NCBI GenBank assembly: GCA_018715145.1
Contig: DVMD01000095.1
Span: 1-54,740 of the forward strand
Length of the DNA stretch: 54,740 nt
Direction of reading: 5' to 3'
DNA from: Candidatus Onthocola stercorigallinarum
GTDB lineage: Bacteria > Bacillota_I > Bacilli_A > RF39 > UBA660
Below the pieces are notes generated by a model. That model saw nothing but the letters and a program-made list of their open reading frames with translations. It did not search any database and was not told the DNA's origin. This document shows positions 7,743 through 17,041 of the stretch, in pieces (the stretch's first letter is position 1; each line of letters starts with the position of its first letter). The translations under genes and the position numbers were made by a program.

Positions 7743-7754
7743 TTTTATTCCTCC

Positions 7755-9197
7755 TTACCATTCGTCAATTATTTCGTAATCTAATATTGGGTTTCCGCTA
7801 GGCAACAAAACTACATCTTTGAATATTACAAAGTTTGGTTGACCTTTTGGTCTTGAATCCGAAGATACTACATTCATCAACTTATCAGTTGCCGTAAATT
7901 CAAATTCGTATATTTTTTGATAATCCCAAGTACCATCATCGGAAATAGGATTTATTAGTTCAACAGATAAACTGTATTTGTTTTCAGTTTCAGAGATAGT
8001 TGGAGTAAGTGTTGTCGCACCATTTGTCCATTCTCCATTTCTTTCCCTAACTCTCCATGATAGTGATAAAGTATTTGAAACGGTATCACTGAAATTTCCT
8101 TTAAAGTAATTACCACTAATATTAACAAACATATCATCAGCGATTTGTGTTGATCTTTTAGTTGTAGCTGAAACAGTTAAATATGTATATGGTATTCTTT
8201 TGAAATATCCACTTTGTGAGCTACTATTTGACTGAAAGCTTTCTGTAGCAGAATATCCTCTACTATCAACAACCGTAAAACTAAAAGCATCATATATATC
8301 AAGTTTTTGCATAATTGTAGTAGCATCGGGATTATGGCTATAAGTTCCAGTGCTAGAACTTATATATAATTGGGATTTTGTGGCACTATTTTTAACTGTA
8401 GAACTTATATTAAACATCGGTTCAGAAAAGTAATCCACTAATACCGGATTTTGTGCAGTTGAGCCAGTTAATTCTACTGTAGTATCGTTATTATCATAGA
8501 AGCTCACATTGATACTTGGTTTACAATCATTATCGTTACACTTAGCGGTAAATGAACATGAACTAGTGCCTATTAATGTACCTCCGCTATATGTTTGACA
8601 AGTTATTGTTCCTTGCCCAGATTTTGAGTTTGGAATTTGTGCATAAAAACTTGTAGGTAACGCCCAACTATAGCTTGTCCCAACTCCCGTTGCTATTTGA
8701 CCACTTAAAATTCCAAAAGAATATGAAAGTGTATGTGTAAACGAGTCAGATGCTTTATTTATTGATATTAGTAAATTACTACCAATTGTTCCTTCTCCTG
8801 CAGTTACACCAGAAGCTCTTGCTATTCGTGATAATTCAGCTTGACCAGTTTGTTCACTCATTATCGTTGTAGTAATTTGACCTCTAACTGAAATATTAAT
8901 TGTTTTAGTACCATCGCTATTATGTGGGACTTTAACTGTTCCAGAAACTAACAATGTATTTGAATTTAATTTTAAAGGTCTATCATTAGAATTTTGTTGA
9001 TAAAATTCTGTTCCATTGATTTTAATATAAAATCTATGTTGATAATCCGTTGTTGTGTAATTGTTAGTTCTCCATCCTCGAAGTTCGGCATATACCATAG
9101 AATAATTTTCGGCGGTATTAACTTCTGTTTCTCGCCAATTCACTTGCCCAACAATATATTGGTTACTTGTTGTTACTTCAAAATATCCATTTTTCAT
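7755..9197 (-). CDS. Tail/host-specificity structural protein (DUF859-like N-terminus, tentative)
   Basis: 480 aa, Ser/Thr/Asn-rich and beta-type in composition. The N-terminus (VGQVNWRETEVNTAENYSMVYAELRGWRTNNY) resembles the DUF859 phage family. It lies within the tail-fibre cluster. Confidence 0.45.
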   Translation of the reverse strand: MKNGYFEVTTSNQYIVGQVNWRETEVNTAENYSMVYAELRGWRTNNYTTTDYQHRFYIKINGTEFYQQNSNDRPLKLNSNTLLVSGTVKVPHNSDGTKTINISVRGQITTTIMSEQTGQAELSRIARASGVTAGEGTIGSNLLISINKASDSFTHTLSYSFGILSGQIATGVGTSYSWALPTSFYAQIPNSKSGQGTITCQTYSGGTLIGTSSCSFTAKCNDNDCKPSINVSFYDNNDTTVELTGSTAQNPVLVDYFSEPMFNISSTVKNSATKSQLYISSSTGTYSHNPDATTIMQKLDIYDAFSFTVVDSRGYSATESFQSNSSSQSGYFKRIPYTYLTVSATTKRSTQIADDMFVNISGNYFKGNFSDTVSNTLSLSWRVRERNGEWTNGATTLTPTISETENKYSLSVELINPISDDGTWDYQKIYEFEFTATDKLMNVVSSDSRPKGQPNFVIFKDVVLLPSGNPILDYEIIDEW

Positions 9198-9199
9198 TT

Positions 9200-11101
9200 T
9201 TAATCATCTCCCATGTAAAAGAAGCCAATTCCTATTCCGTAATTTGGATCATCCGTTATCTCTATACGCCAGTCTCCACCAACATGATTATTTCCAATCA
9301 TTAAATATGTTCTAACTAGCAAATTGGCGGTTCTAACTATTGATTGTAATAAAGTCGAATCATACCCAGCATATAACAATTCAGAATCAACATTCCCAGT
9401 TTTATCCGTTACTGTAATTCCGTCTGTATCTGCATTGAATTTTGTTGGTGAATTTGTTTCGTCAATGTCCAAACCATCATCGCTAAATGTGAAACCTTTA
9501 TCAGTTTTTAAAATCGGTACACCATTTGCTAATGTTTCCTCAATTACATTTATTGATAATTCCGTAGAATTTTGAAGAGTTTGTACAGTATTAGTTAATT
9601 GAGTTACACTTTCGGCGGTAGCTAATCCATTCATTTTATCCAATGTATCTTGATAGTTGTTATTTGCCATTGCTGCATTGTTGTCTATTTGATTTTGTAA
9701 ATCATTAAGAGTCGGGTCAATGTCTTCGGTAAATTTGTACCAATTATAATCATCAAAATTGGTACTATCTGCTTCTGTAAAATCCACATATTGTCCTATA
9801 TAAGCACTAGGTTTTTCACCTTCCGAATAAGAATCATCAGCTGGAGTAAATGTTTGTCCATCTTCAGAATACTTAATATGAAGATATGATGTTTGTCCAT
9901 TTTCACCAGCTACTCCCGGACTTCCGTTTTGTCCATCAGTACCTTTTATTAAGCTCCAAGTATAATCAGTGTTTGATGTTGGTGCAGTAGAACTTGTTGT
10001 ACTTACTACACCCATGTATTTACTATTTTCATTAGGAGTTGTAGTCATTGGATTACCATCAGAATTTATTGAATATCTTATATAGAAATATGAAGATGTT
10101 CCTGCTTCTCCAGGTGGTCCTTGTATACCTTGCTCCCCAGGTTCACCTTGAGGACCTTGTGGTCCAGTATCTCCTGGATCACCAGTAATTTCTTCTTCTG
10201 CAGAATATGTGACAGTTCCATCCACATAAGTTGTCTTATTTCGTCTTAATACAATTTGACCTTCTTGCCTATTCGGAAATGTTGTAGACCACTCATCGGA
10301 AGATCCTTGTATTTTATATTCTGAAGTTATGCTAGCGACTGTATCATCAACTTTACCTTCCAAAGTTTCAACTTTAGTGGTAACTGAACTAACACTTCCT
10401 CTTATGCTTTCTGCAGTTGTTTCCAATGCCACTTTAGTTGCATAATCTGTTTCAACTGTTTTTTTAAATTGATCTAAAACCGCTTTAACATTCATTGCGT
10501 AGGTATCATCGGTATATTTAGTAGCGATTATCCAATCCACTTCATTATATTCGCCACTTGAGCGACTAGCTCGACATCTGTATAAGTCAGCATTATCTTT
10601 AAACCAAATATCCCCGACATCATAAGGCGGTGTTGGAGTAGTAACAAAAACTCTTCTTTTACTATCCGCAGTATCTTGTGCTGCATTTGCCAACGCTAAT
10701 GCTTCTGTTACATCTGAATCAGTCAATTTTAGCCAACTATATATATTGTTTTCTAAAGAAAATCGATAAGCATATCCTGTATCCTTATCGTAGTATAAAT
10801 CTCCTAAATGATTTGCTTTATCTTCTTCTGTTATCCAGTCAATAGCAGGACTATTTTCTAATGTAGGAATACCAGAAAAAAACCAAGTAGAAATGTTTCC
10901 ATCTACCTGGTCTTGTAAATTACTGATATCTTCTAAAACCTCTTTCACATAATTTTCTAAATTAGTATTGGTTTTAGTTAAATTGTCATTAAGAGTAGCT
11001 ATTGCTTTTTTGCTTCGGTTTATCTCTTCTAAATTATATCTTCTTATTAAGTCTTCAGCAGTAACTGCTTTAGTTTTATCATTATAACTTACCATTACCA
11101 A
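9200..11101 (-). CDS. Tail fibre with a collagen-like Gly-X-Y segment
   Basis: 633 aa. It contains GDPGDTGPQGPQGEPGEQGIQGPPGEAG (nt ~10100-10190), followed by two repeats of a YxxI(R/K)YS...DY.W module. Confidence 0.7.
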   Translation of the reverse strand: MVMVSYNDKTKAVTAEDLIRRYNLEEINRSKKAIATLNDNLTKTNTNLENYVKEVLEDISNLQDQVDGNISTWFFSGIPTLENSPAIDWITEEDKANHLGDLYYDKDTGYAYRFSLENNIYSWLKLTDSDVTEALALANAAQDTADSKRRVFVTTPTPPYDVGDIWFKDNADLYRCRASRSSGEYNEVDWIIATKYTDDTYAMNVKAVLDQFKKTVETDYATKVALETTAESIRGSVSSVTTKVETLEGKVDDTVASITSEYKIQGSSDEWSTTFPNRQEGQIVLRRNKTTYVDGTVTYSAEEEITGDPGDTGPQGPQGEPGEQGIQGPPGEAGTSSYFYIRYSINSDGNPMTTTPNENSKYMGVVSTTSSTAPTSNTDYTWSLIKGTDGQNGSPGVAGENGQTSYLHIKYSEDGQTFTPADDSYSEGEKPSAYIGQYVDFTEADSTNFDDYNWYKFTEDIDPTLNDLQNQIDNNAAMANNNYQDTLDKMNGLATAESVTQLTNTVQTLQNSTELSINVIEETLANGVPILKTDKGFTFSDDGLDIDETNSPTKFNADTDGITVTDKTGNVDSELLYAGYDSTLLQSIVRTANLLVRTYLMIGNNHVGGDWRIEITDDPNYGIGIGFFYMGDD

Positions 11102-14100
11102 TACACTCTCCCATCTTTAATAGTAAAACCTAATTCCGTTAAAATTAAAGTTTTCTCATCCGCCGAACTTACATTTTGATTAATGTAATTTATTATTTGC
11201 TCATTATAGTCATCAAAAGAACTATAATAAAGTTTTATGAATATTGCTTTTTGAGGTATAGATAATTTTAAAGAATTAATATAACTGATAGTTGCATCTT
11301 TCTTGTTGTCATTTTTATCTCTTATTTCATCAATTTTATCTTTGTATTCTAGATAATTATCATAATCAGTTATTTGAAGAATAGTTGTATATTTTGCAGG
11401 ATTATCTAATGCATAGTTTATTTCTTCTTTATGTAAGTAATAATCTGATACATTTCCGCCTTGTTCGGTATATTTATTAACTTTATTATAAGTTGAAGAC
11501 ATTTCTAACCCTAAAACCTCTTCTCTCGCTTTATTATAAGAATAATCAACAATAGATTTTATAATGCTAGATTTATCTTCATCACTTAACTTTTCATAAT
11601 CAGAATTATCTAATAAATTCTCAACATTTTCTTCTATTATATTTCCGGATATTTTTTGATATTCTGCTCTTTGTGAACTATCCATAGTTATTTTCTCTCC
11701 ATCACTGTTAATATAATACGGAGCAACTCTTGGCATGATTGTCGCATCACCAGTTTCTTGATACAATCTATATATTTCTTCAGCACTTTCACTAATATTT
11801 TCTGTTGATACATTAGCAGGATTCAAAAACACATTAAATATATTGTTCTTGCCGCCATATTTTTGTATTTCTCTACCCATACTATCAACACTAGGAGATA
11901 ATGTTTTACTTAAGAAAGGTATTTTAGCTTTAACACTATTTATTGAACTTTCCAAAGGTTTTCCATATTCAAAACTTGTTCTTTGAGTTCCATCAATCAT
12001 ATCAGCTATTTGTTTCATAAATGTTGGAATAGCTCGTGCTGGCAAATCAAATATTGCTTCTTGAACACCACTAGCAAGGCCATCGTTATTATTTAAAGCA
12101 GTATTAATACTTTCCATAAAGGATTGTTCTAATAATATGTTACCAGCAGTGTCTAAAGAACTTAATATCGTTTCCAAAGCACTAGCATCTTCATCTTCTT
12201 TTTGAACTATATTAGCCATAATGGAAAGCGGTGCTGCAATAGGTTGAGCCCAGTCATAAGTAAAGGATTTATTACCTATTTTTATTGAATACGAATTAAC
12301 CCCTAAAGTGTTTTTCATAAAATTTTGAACATCTTTATCATCATCACTCTCGCCACTTACTATACCTGCTTTAGCTAGTGCATATCCAGCAACATAAAGC
12401 ATAGTACCAGCAACTGCTTTACCGAGTGACTGAACAAAATCATGTTGCATTTGGGGAGTAAATTGACCAGTTTTAATAGCATTTGAAAGTCTTTTACCTT
12501 TAACTAATGTATTTACTAATCCAGCCGGCGAATAATCGACTATTGCTTTAGTTAAATTGGCAGGAGTTTTGGCAAATGGGATAAGTACATCTCCTAATCC
12601 ATATCCTCTAACATTAACATTGTTTAGCATTTTTCTTACATTTAATACAAATCTAGTATAATTATTGTTGTCTTGCCATGTTCTTGACAATGCTTCTTGA
12701 GTAGCAATATCAATCATATCTTGAGTTACTTCAGTAGTATTATTCAAGACTAATTGATTGTTAATAGAATTGGTAAATGTTGCTTCATAGAAAGTTCTAT
12801 CTCCAGCATCTAGCATAAACGACAATAAACTATCCACTCTATTTAATGCCTTTCCAATAGTAGTATTATTATTAAATGATTTGCCTTCTCCAATTTCAAA
12901 TCTATTTCCTTGAATGTTTCTTGTATTTATTCCTTGCTTAAAATCATTATAACTTTGATAAAAGCCTTCTTTAAATCCTTTAACATAGCTTTGAACATTA
13001 GTTACACCGGTTGTACGATATCCCGTTTTAGATCCTACAACTTTATCTACCATACTAGCAAATAGATCACTAAATGAATTTACTGGTGCAATAATAGCAT
13101 TACCAGCAACATTTCTAACTTGTGTTTTGGGATTGAATAACATAGATATACGCATCCAAGATTTAATACTAGCCCCTCTTTCAGGCGGTAATTTATCAGT
13201 CATAATTTTTTGGATTTTAGCCAGTTCTACTCTTTTATCATAGCCATCAGGCATAGTAGATACTTTTTGCATGATATCCATAATCGCTTCAGTTTCTTGT
13301 GGAGTTAAATCAAAATCTTTTTGATATTTATCTATCCATTTTTTAGTTTTATTTTTAACCATTCTATCATATGCTTCAGATAATTCTGATTGAGCATATT
13401 TAACCATACCTTCAGGTGTCATTCTAGCCATTATATTAAATGCTTGTACTGTTTGACCAGCTTTTGTACCCATATCACGAAGCTTTTTAGCAACAGCCAC
13501 CATACCATCAGAATCACTATTATCTGCATATTGTTTCAATAATATCCAACCTTCAGCAACATCTACTGCTGTTGCTTTTTCCGAATCCTTACTAAACCAA
13601 TTTAGAGTTTCTAATTCACCATTTTCATTTAATCTTGAAAATGCTTCATTTAAACTATCTTCATTTGTAATTTTATCGTAGTAATTAACCTCTTCATTTG
13701 CTAATATAGTATTCTTTTGTGTTTCATTTAACATGTTAGTTTTATTTCTAATATTAGAAGCAAATCTACTTTCTCCATCATTTGCTCTATTTCTATTAAC
13801 ATTAGGTAAGATTGGCGTTGTATTAGCATCTTCTGGTGTTAATTGTGATATTTCTAATGGATTTAGTATATTGTTTTGATTATTATGCATATTATTTAAT
13901 GGTAATGGTGCAATTTGACTTTGAGAAGAATTTGTGCTATTATTGTTATATGAAACAGGTTGTTCTACAAACCGACTCGCTGATTGATTTTCATTCAGAA
14001 GACCGGTCGGAACAACCTGTTTTTGTATGACTTCATCTAACGAATAAATTCTTTCTAGTCTAAAATGTTTTTCTCCATCTTGTCTTAAAACAGTATCAAA

Positions 14101-15867
14101 TTCTATTATACAATTTTTACCGTCTATGGTTACTGGAGTGGCATAATAATCCCAATTTTTATATTTAACCCTATTTTTGTTTTCTGTACTTGAAGCAATT
14201 TTTGTGCCATTTTCAATTATTTTATCTAATTTACTAAACACCTCTATATGTTCTGTTATCAATTTTTTTTGTTCTGTATTTCTAACAGTTTTAGCAACAC
14301 TTTCTTTTATATCTTCATTTGTTACTACAATGTCATCATTATTATTTTTAAATACTTTTTTGCCAATCTTACTAAACGATTCTTTTGCTTTATTAAAAAT
14401 TGTGGTTTGACTTTGAGTGCTATAGTCAACTGGAACATTAGATTTATTTGTTTGGATATTAATGTTGGTTCTAAAATCATCTTTTATAGTATTAACATAG
14501 TCATATATAGCATCATTTATATTTTGATAAGTATTAATAATGTTGTTTTGATTACTATTTATTGTTACATTACCTACATTATTTTGTAATATATTTTGGT
14601 TAACTCTATTATTAACTGCATCATTTACTATGCTATTTCCTATATTTTGATTATATGTTGGTAATATTGGACTATCATTTTGCTGCATTTGATTAATACT
14701 TTGATTTATTCTTGTATTTGACGAAAAAGCTCCACTAACACCACCAGTTAACATACCAACTAAAGCAGAATACATTGCATTTTCAAAATTTTCTTGAGTC
14801 AATAATTCGTTATTTTCTCCTAAAGTTAGATTACGGGTTAGCACATCTGCATATTCTTGAATAAATTCTTCTCCACCTTCAGAAATAGCATTCGATATCA
14901 CACTAACCAATCTAGGATTATTTTTTATAATTTTAGATAATCCTTGACCAATGCTTTGACTTAATTCAGAAGTACCAGTTCCAAATATTGCATTAGTGGT
15001 ACCACCTAACAATTTACTTGTAATAGCTTCTGTTGCGGTAGATAATGTTGCATATGTAAGTGCTTCTTCTTTAGAGTAACCTTCAGCTACCGCATTATTC
15101 CATTGATTAAAATATATATTACCAAAATATTGTACCGTTCCACTTCCTGGAATAAGTGCATTTAATGCAGCTGACATTGCTAATTTTCCACCCTCATATA
15201 AAGCACTACTACCTATTTTACCAACGGTGCCCCAAAATCCATCTCCATAACTATCCAAAACTTTTTGTTGCTTTAAATCCTCATAAGTTGGCATACTATA
15301 AGTATCGCCATTTTCATTTTTCATAATATATCTTCTGCTAGTGAAAGGGCTTATTATAGGTGCCACTACTCTACCTATCGTTTTGTCATACCAACCAATA
15401 TCATCTTCTTCTAATTTTTTATTAAGGTAATTATAATATGCCTCCCCTTCTTCATAATAAGAGTTTTCTACTTTTTCTCTTTGTTTTGCAATTTCCTTTT
15501 GTTGGTTAGCAGCATTAAACTTATCAAGATTTTCTTGTTCTTCTTTAGCACTCTCGACAACTAATGATTTCCCACCAGATATTCTATCCAGTTGATTTTG
15601 AATATTATAATCTTTATTGTTAACCCGATTTAAAACAACGGATCCCGCAGTAGGTAAAATCCCACTTTTTTGAATAACTATGCCTTGGTTATTATATTTT
15701 TTTATTAAATCATTTGTTTGTGTTTGTCTAATGTTAGATTTTTTTTGGTATTCGGCTTTAGCTTCTTCAGCGGTTTGATTGTTAATTTTATTTAATTGAT
15801 TATATTGTCTAGCAATTTTAAAACTTTGTTGATATTTCTTTTTATAATCATCATATGATACTGCCAT
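11095..15867 (-). CDS. Very large multidomain virion protein (ejection / internal / polyvalent-type protein; function not resolved)
   Basis: 1590 aa. Segments include Gly/Ala/Ser hydrophobic stretches (GSSALYEGGKLAMSAALNALIPGSG), an Asn/Gln-rich low-complexity region, and a central segment (NWDYYATPVTIDGKNCIIEFDTVLRQDGEKHFRLERIY) reminiscent of domains found in phage polyvalent proteins. It sits between the head and tail-fibre genes. Confidence 0.45.
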   Translation of the reverse strand: MAVSYDDYKKKYQQSFKIARQYNQLNKINNQTAEEAKAEYQKKSNIRQTQTNDLIKKYNNQGIVIQKSGILPTAGSVVLNRVNNKDYNIQNQLDRISGGKSLVVESAKEEQENLDKFNAANQQKEIAKQREKVENSYYEEGEAYYNYLNKKLEEDDIGWYDKTIGRVVAPIISPFTSRRYIMKNENGDTYSMPTYEDLKQQKVLDSYGDGFWGTVGKIGSSALYEGGKLAMSAALNALIPGSGTVQYFGNIYFNQWNNAVAEGYSKEEALTYATLSTATEAITSKLLGGTTNAIFGTGTSELSQSIGQGLSKIIKNNPRLVSVISNAISEGGEEFIQEYADVLTRNLTLGENNELLTQENFENAMYSALVGMLTGGVSGAFSSNTRINQSINQMQQNDSPILPTYNQNIGNSIVNDAVNNRVNQNILQNNVGNVTINSNQNNIINTYQNINDAIYDYVNTIKDDFRTNINIQTNKSNVPVDYSTQSQTTIFNKAKESFSKIGKKVFKNNNDDIVVTNEDIKESVAKTVRNTEQKKLITEHIEVFSKLDKIIENGTKIASSTENKNRVKYKNWDYYATPVTIDGKNCIIEFDTVLRQDGEKHFRLERIYSLDEVIQKQVVPTGLLNENQSASRFVEQPVSYNNNSTNSSQSQIAPLPLNNMHNNQNNILNPLEISQLTPEDANTTPILPNVNRNRANDGESRFASNIRNKTNMLNETQKNTILANEEVNYYDKITNEDSLNEAFSRLNENGELETLNWFSKDSEKATAVDVAEGWILLKQYADNSDSDGMVAVAKKLRDMGTKAGQTVQAFNIMARMTPEGMVKYAQSELSEAYDRMVKNKTKKWIDKYQKDFDLTPQETEAIMDIMQKVSTMPDGYDKRVELAKIQKIMTDKLPPERGASIKSWMRISMLFNPKTQVRNVAGNAIIAPVNSFSDLFASMVDKVVGSKTGYRTTGVTNVQSYVKGFKEGFYQSYNDFKQGINTRNIQGNRFEIGEGKSFNNNTTIGKALNRVDSLLSFMLDAGDRTFYEATFTNSINNQLVLNNTTEVTQDMIDIATQEALSRTWQDNNNYTRFVLNVRKMLNNVNVRGYGLGDVLIPFAKTPANLTKAIVDYSPAGLVNTLVKGKRLSNAIKTGQFTPQMQHDFVQSLGKAVAGTMLYVAGYALAKAGIVSGESDDDKDVQNFMKNTLGVNSYSIKIGNKSFTYDWAQPIAAPLSIMANIVQKEDEDASALETILSSLDTAGNILLEQSFMESINTALNNNDGLASGVQEAIFDLPARAIPTFMKQIADMIDGTQRTSFEYGKPLESSINSVKAKIPFLSKTLSPSVDSMGREIQKYGGKNNIFNVFLNPANVSTENISESAEEIYRLYQETGDATIMPRVAPYYINSDGEKITMDSSQRAEYQKISGNIIEENVENLLDNSDYEKLSDEDKSSIIKSIVDYSYNKAREEVLGLEMSSTYNKVNKYTEQGGNVSDYYLHKEEINYALDNPAKYTTILQITDYDNYLEYKDKIDEIRDKNDNKKDATISYINSLKLSIPQKAIFIKLYYSSFDDYNEQIINYINQNVSSADEKTLILTELGFTIKDGRVYW

Positions 15868-15868
15868 T

Positions 15869-17032
15869 TTATGAACCCCATAATATATTAGTACCAGTCT
15901 TTATTGATTTTTTTACATCACTTGTTACATCAATATAATCGTTTATGCTACCGTCCCAAACATAGTATTTTCCATTAGTTTGCCAAATAGATTGATTAGA
16001 TAAATTTGCACCAGTACTACCAACTGCTTGTCCAAAAATATCGCCTACTTTGTATCCTGAATTTGATAATTTAGATCCGCCAACATTATCTGGTTGATAT
16101 CTAACTCCATTTTTATCCTTTACATTTGGAAATGTTCCGTATTGAGCATCTGGATTTATAGAGCCGTTATAATAATTTGTGGATATCGTTGAATTATTTC
16201 CAGAACTTAAAGAGCTATTATTTAAACTATATCCCCCACTTGATCCAGAGCTCGAACCTGACGATTTAGCAGCGTTTCTTGATAGTTCGTATTCTCTTTC
16301 CCAGTTTTGTTGAGCTAAAGCATCTTGTTGTTTTTGATATTCAAATTGTTCTCTTTGGAAAGCCAATTGTTCTTCATATTGCCTTATAGCTTCTTCTCTT
16401 TCTCTTTCAGCTTGAATATTATTATATTCAGTTTGATAACGATTGTAATATTCACTATCTAATGCTTGATTGTTACTCAATTGATTTTGAGATATTGTAG
16501 ACTTATTACTATAAAAATTTTGTGATGCTTCTAATTGCATTTGAAGTTTAGTCAATGCATTTTGGGCTTTTTGAACATCATTATTCAGTCTTGCTTCGTT
16601 TATTGCGTTATCGTATTCAGTAAAAGCATCTTGCATTGCTTTATTTGCGGTTGCAAGTCTATTTTGATATGTATTAAAGCCTCCTAATTTAGAAGTTTCT
16701 GATACACCACTATTAAGTAATCCTGAACTTGCCATTGATTCTGCTTGCGTTCCATATGGATTTATAAAAGCCATGTAATCGTTTTGAGCTCGTTTTTGTT
16801 CTGCTTCCATATTTTTCTGTGCTTCATCTTTTTGTTGGTTAATTAAATCTTCTTGAAAAGCCAATTGTTGATCTAGGGCATTGTTTTGAGTTTGTTCATA
16901 TTGTTCAGCATATTGATTTGACTGATTATATATATTTTGATTATCATTCAATAACCCTTCATACATACTATTACTTTGATTAATTGCTTCTTGTTTTTGT
17001 TGATTAATTGCCGCTAATCTTTCATCTTCCAT
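15869..17032 (-). CDS. Gln/Asn-rich coiled-coil virion protein with a poly-Ser linker and a C-terminal globular domain
   Basis: 387 aa. It has a long Q/N/E-rich helical region, then SSGSSSGSSGG, then a beta-rich C-terminus. It lies in the structural operon. Confidence 0.35.
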   Translation of the reverse strand: MEDERLAAINQQKQEAINQSNSMYEGLLNDNQNIYNQSNQYAEQYEQTQNNALDQQLAFQEDLINQQKDEAQKNMEAEQKRAQNDYMAFINPYGTQAESMASSGLLNSGVSETSKLGGFNTYQNRLATANKAMQDAFTEYDNAINEARLNNDVQKAQNALTKLQMQLEASQNFYSNKSTISQNQLSNNQALDSEYYNRYQTEYNNIQAEREREEAIRQYEEQLAFQREQFEYQKQQDALAQQNWEREYELSRNAAKSSGSSSGSSGGYSLNNSSLSSGNNSTISTNYYNGSINPDAQYGTFPNVKDKNGVRYQPDNVGGSKLSNSGYKVGDIFGQAVGSTGANLSNQSIWQTNGKYYVWDGSINDYIDVTSDVKKSIKTGTNILWGS

Positions 17033-17041
17033 TATTTACAC

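Noticed and set aside
6184-11101. A diversity-generating retroelement acting on the tail-fibre genes
   Set aside because: No reverse transcriptase ORF exists anywhere in the window. No template/variable repeat pair was noticed near the fibre C-termini.
13836-14589. Plus-strand ORFs inside the 1590-aa gene. Similar antisense ORFs occur at 4610, 6739, 7119, 8994, 9324, 21479, 22071, 22544, 23850, 24601, 25465, 27716, 28220, 30234, 30782, 32555, 32781, 35382, 35647, 47706, 47881, 50963 (-) and 54090
   Set aside because: All lie antisense to, or nested out of frame within, much longer ORFs with recognisable products. They have Phe/Ile/Leu/Ser-rich composition expected from AT-rich DNA and lack ribosome-binding sites.
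11095-15867. The 1590-aa ORF as a siphovirus tape-measure protein
   Set aside because: No major tail, chaperone-frameshift pair or distal tail genes flank it. The sequence is a mosaic of globular, low-complexity and hydrophobic segments rather than one long helical ruler. It is kept as an unresolved large virion protein.
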